Virus record (IMG/VR): IMGVR_UViG_3300012663_000706
Length of the DNA: 64,000 nucleotides
Strand: one strand, 5' to 3'
Source of the DNA: a virus
Taxonomy: Duplodnaviria; Heunggongvirae; Uroviricota; Caudoviricetes
In this document: piece after piece, positions 62,055-64,000 of the stretch
Position numbering within the stretch: the first letter of the stretch is position 1
Layout of the letters: every line of letters begins with the position of its first letter
The notes under the pieces: model-generated
What the model was told of the DNA's origin: nothing
Databases searched by the model: none
The model's input: the letters and a program-made list of their open reading frames with translations, nothing else
Program-made: the position numbers and the translations under genes

Positions 62055-64000
62055 TTAAGAATTCTTCTTTAGTTTCTCTATTTCTAAATATAATTCTTTA
62101 ATTGCTTGTAATAATACTGGAATCAATCCATCGTATTGAATTGACTTATAATCTCCACCTTTTACTAAGTGCGGTAAAACTTTTTCAAGTTCTTGTGCAA
62201 TGAATCCATAACCAGTCTGTCCTGATTTACTAGGAGACATCCTTAGCATTTCTTCACTCCAGTTATAAGTAACACCATTAATTTGCATGATTGTCGCTAG
62301 TGCATTGGTAATCACTTCGATGTTGGTTTTTAATTTAGCATCAGAACTAATAGTTACGTCAACAAATGTAGGAGAATCAACAGTTCTGGTATACTGATTC
62401 ATTGCATTTGCATAAACATTTGATGTACCAGTAGCACCCTGTGGTCCAGGACCTCCTGGTGTTCCATTAGTTCCAGCAGTTCCTTGAATACCTTGTGGTC
62501 CAGGACCTCCGTTTGTTCCGTTAGTTCCAGCAGTTCCTTGAATACCTTGTGGACCAGGACCTCCATTAGTTCCTGTAAATCCTTGTGGACCAGGACCTCC
62601 ATTAGTTCCAGCAGCTCCTTGAACACCGTTTGATCCTGCTATACCATCAACTCCACTAGGTCCTTGACGACCTTGAGCACCAACAGTTCCTTGTGCACCA
62701 GTAGTTCCTTGTGTACCAGTAGTTCCTTGAATACCAGTAAATCCTTGAGGACCAGCAACTGACGATGGAGTTCCACCTATACCAGTTGGTCCTTGATTTC
62801 CTTGTGGACCAGGACCTCCGTTTGTTCCGTTTGTTCCGGCAGTTCCTTGTAAACCAGTTGGTCCTTGTCTACCTTGTGCTCCTGTAGTTCCTTGAGGACC
62901 CGTAGTTCCTTGAGGACCCGTTAGATCATACTGTTGGGCCCATAATTCGTTATTATCCCAGTACCATATAATACCGTTTGCTGAATAGAATTGTTGACCG
63001 AAATACTCTCCATTAAAGAATCCATTAGGATTCTCTATATTAGGATCTGATTGTATTCCTTGTCCAGGTGTTCCGTAAAATCCAGTTGGACCTTGTCGAC
63101 CTTGAGCACCTGTGGTTCCAACAGTACCTTGAATACCAGTTGGACCTTGATTACCCTGTTGTCCTACAGTTCCTTGTATACCAGTTGGACCTTGATTACC
63201 TTGAGCCCCTACAGTTCCTTGAATACCGGTTGGACCTTGATTACCTTGATTACCATTGGTTCCATTAGTTCCAGCAGTTCCTTGAATACCGGTCGGTCCT
63301 TGGTTTCCTTGAGCTCCAAAAGTACCTTGAATACCAGTTGGACCTTGTCTACCTTGTGTACCTTGTGCTCCTACAGTTCCCTGAATACCCTGTTCTCCAT
63401 TATTTGTATATCCTATAGTAACTAATGATTCGTCACCACTATTATTAAGATTACCGTAACTTGAAATTACTGTTAAATCACAAATCCTAACAATTTTTCC
63501 GCTTCCTGTTGGTACCTCTGCATCGTAAGCATTGCTAACAGTATAAAGACCATAACCCCCAATGTCATGAACATTTGAGATTCTTAAAATTGTTCCAGGA
63601 ACAATTTCATTAACCCAACTAGTTGCATTGCCTATTGTTTGGTTTGTTATAGTATATGGAACTTTTGATGTTCTAGAAATTCCAATATTTGATAATGTAG
63701 CATATTCAGCAGAATTTGTTGCTAAATTTCCATCTCCAAATGTATTGTAACTATAAACTAATGCATTTCCAGCTGGATTGCTCATTGCTCCAGTAGCACC
63801 TTGAATTCCTGTTGGTCCTTGACGACCCTGTGCTCCCTGTGTACCAACTGTTCCTTGAACACCAGTTGGACCTTGATTACCTTGAGCACCTGTTGTTCCT
63901 ACAGTTCCTTGAATACCAGTAGGTCCTTGATTTCCTTGTTGACCAACAGTTCCTTGAATACCAGTAGGTCCTTGATTTCCTTGTTGGCCAACAGTTCCTT
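62055..64000 (-). CDS. Second collagen-like fibre with C-terminal S74 chaperone (5' end beyond the window)
   Basis: Gly-X-Y runs continue in frame upstream of the track Met at 63785 to the window edge; SDAKLKTNI...GFIAQELE...LLQAIKEL. Confidence 0.88.
   Translation of the reverse strand, partial: GTVGQQGNQGPTGIQGTVGQQGNQGPTGIQGTVGTTGAQGNQGPTGVQGTVGTQGAQGRQGPTGIQGATGAMSNPAGNALVYSYNTFGDGNLATNSAEYATLSNIGISRTSKVPYTITNQTIGNATSWVNEIVPGTILRISNVHDIGGYGLYTVSNAYDAEVPTGSGKIVRICDLTVISSYGNLNNSGDESLVTIGYTNNGEQGIQGTVGAQGTQGRQGPTGIQGTFGAQGNQGPTGIQGTAGTNGTNGNQGNQGPTGIQGTVGAQGNQGPTGIQGTVGQQGNQGPTGIQGTVGTTGAQGRQGPTGFYGTPGQGIQSDPNIENPNGFFNGEYFGQQFYSANGIIWYWDNNELWAQQYDLTGPQGTTGPQGTTGAQGRQGPTGLQGTAGTNGTNGGPGPQGNQGPTGIGGTPSSVAGPQGFTGIQGTTGTQGTTGAQGTVGAQGRQGPSGVDGIAGSNGVQGAAGTNGGPGPQGFTGTNGGPGPQGIQGTAGTNGTNGGPGPQGIQGTAGTNGTPGGPGPQGATGTSNVYANAMNQYTRTVDSPTFVDVTISSDAKLKTNIEVITNALATIMQINGVTYNWSEEMLRMSPSKSGQTGYGFIAQELEKVLPHLVKGGDYKSIQYDGLIPVLLQAIKELYLEIEKLKKNS

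Noticed and set aside
1-64000. tRNA, tmRNA, RNase P RNA, alternative genetic code, reverse transcriptase/DGR, integrase or transposase
   Set aside because: No hallmark motifs seen by eye, and genes tile densely under the standard code. tRNAscan/Infernal were not run, so divergent RNAs cannot be excluded.

Overview
A 64 kb segment of a large, AT-rich, T4-like (contractile-tail) phage. The host is most likely a Bacteroidota member, judged from the Bacteroidota-type ClpP, bS1 and bS21 and from TAnnTTT-type promoters. Almost all genes are on the minus strand. In order they are: (1) a baseplate/neck module (1-15.8 kb) with an embedded amidoligase and a ribosomal protein bS1 homolog; (2) nucleotide, repair and host-takeover genes (dCMP deaminase, UvsE, RNase HII, PhoH, bS21, DnaJ, 3'-5' exonuclease, ATP-grasp); (3) a 2OG-Fe(II) oxygenase/glycosyltransferase/Hint/methyltransferase cluster around a collagen-like fibre; (4) ClpP, an N-domain-less ClpC, a T4 gp42-type dCMP hydroxymethylase and a LOG enzyme; (5) an early-promoter island (52.8-57.2 kb: HTH, DUF932-like, RadA/Sms-like) bracketed by two GC-rich, palindrome-dense non-coding blocks; (6) putative internal head proteins and a second collagen fibre that runs off the window. 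The best leads for an undescribed system are: ClpCP with four dispersed UVR-like 'EEYEKC' paralogs as candidate adaptors; at least eight proteins with a T4-like capsid-targeting leader, including an ATP-grasp ligase; probable modified-cytosine DNA; a possible collagen-fibre tailoring pathway; the structured non-coding blocks (termini, origin or RNA); and three promoter classes read directly from the sequence. All family calls come from motif recognition by eye; no searches were run.
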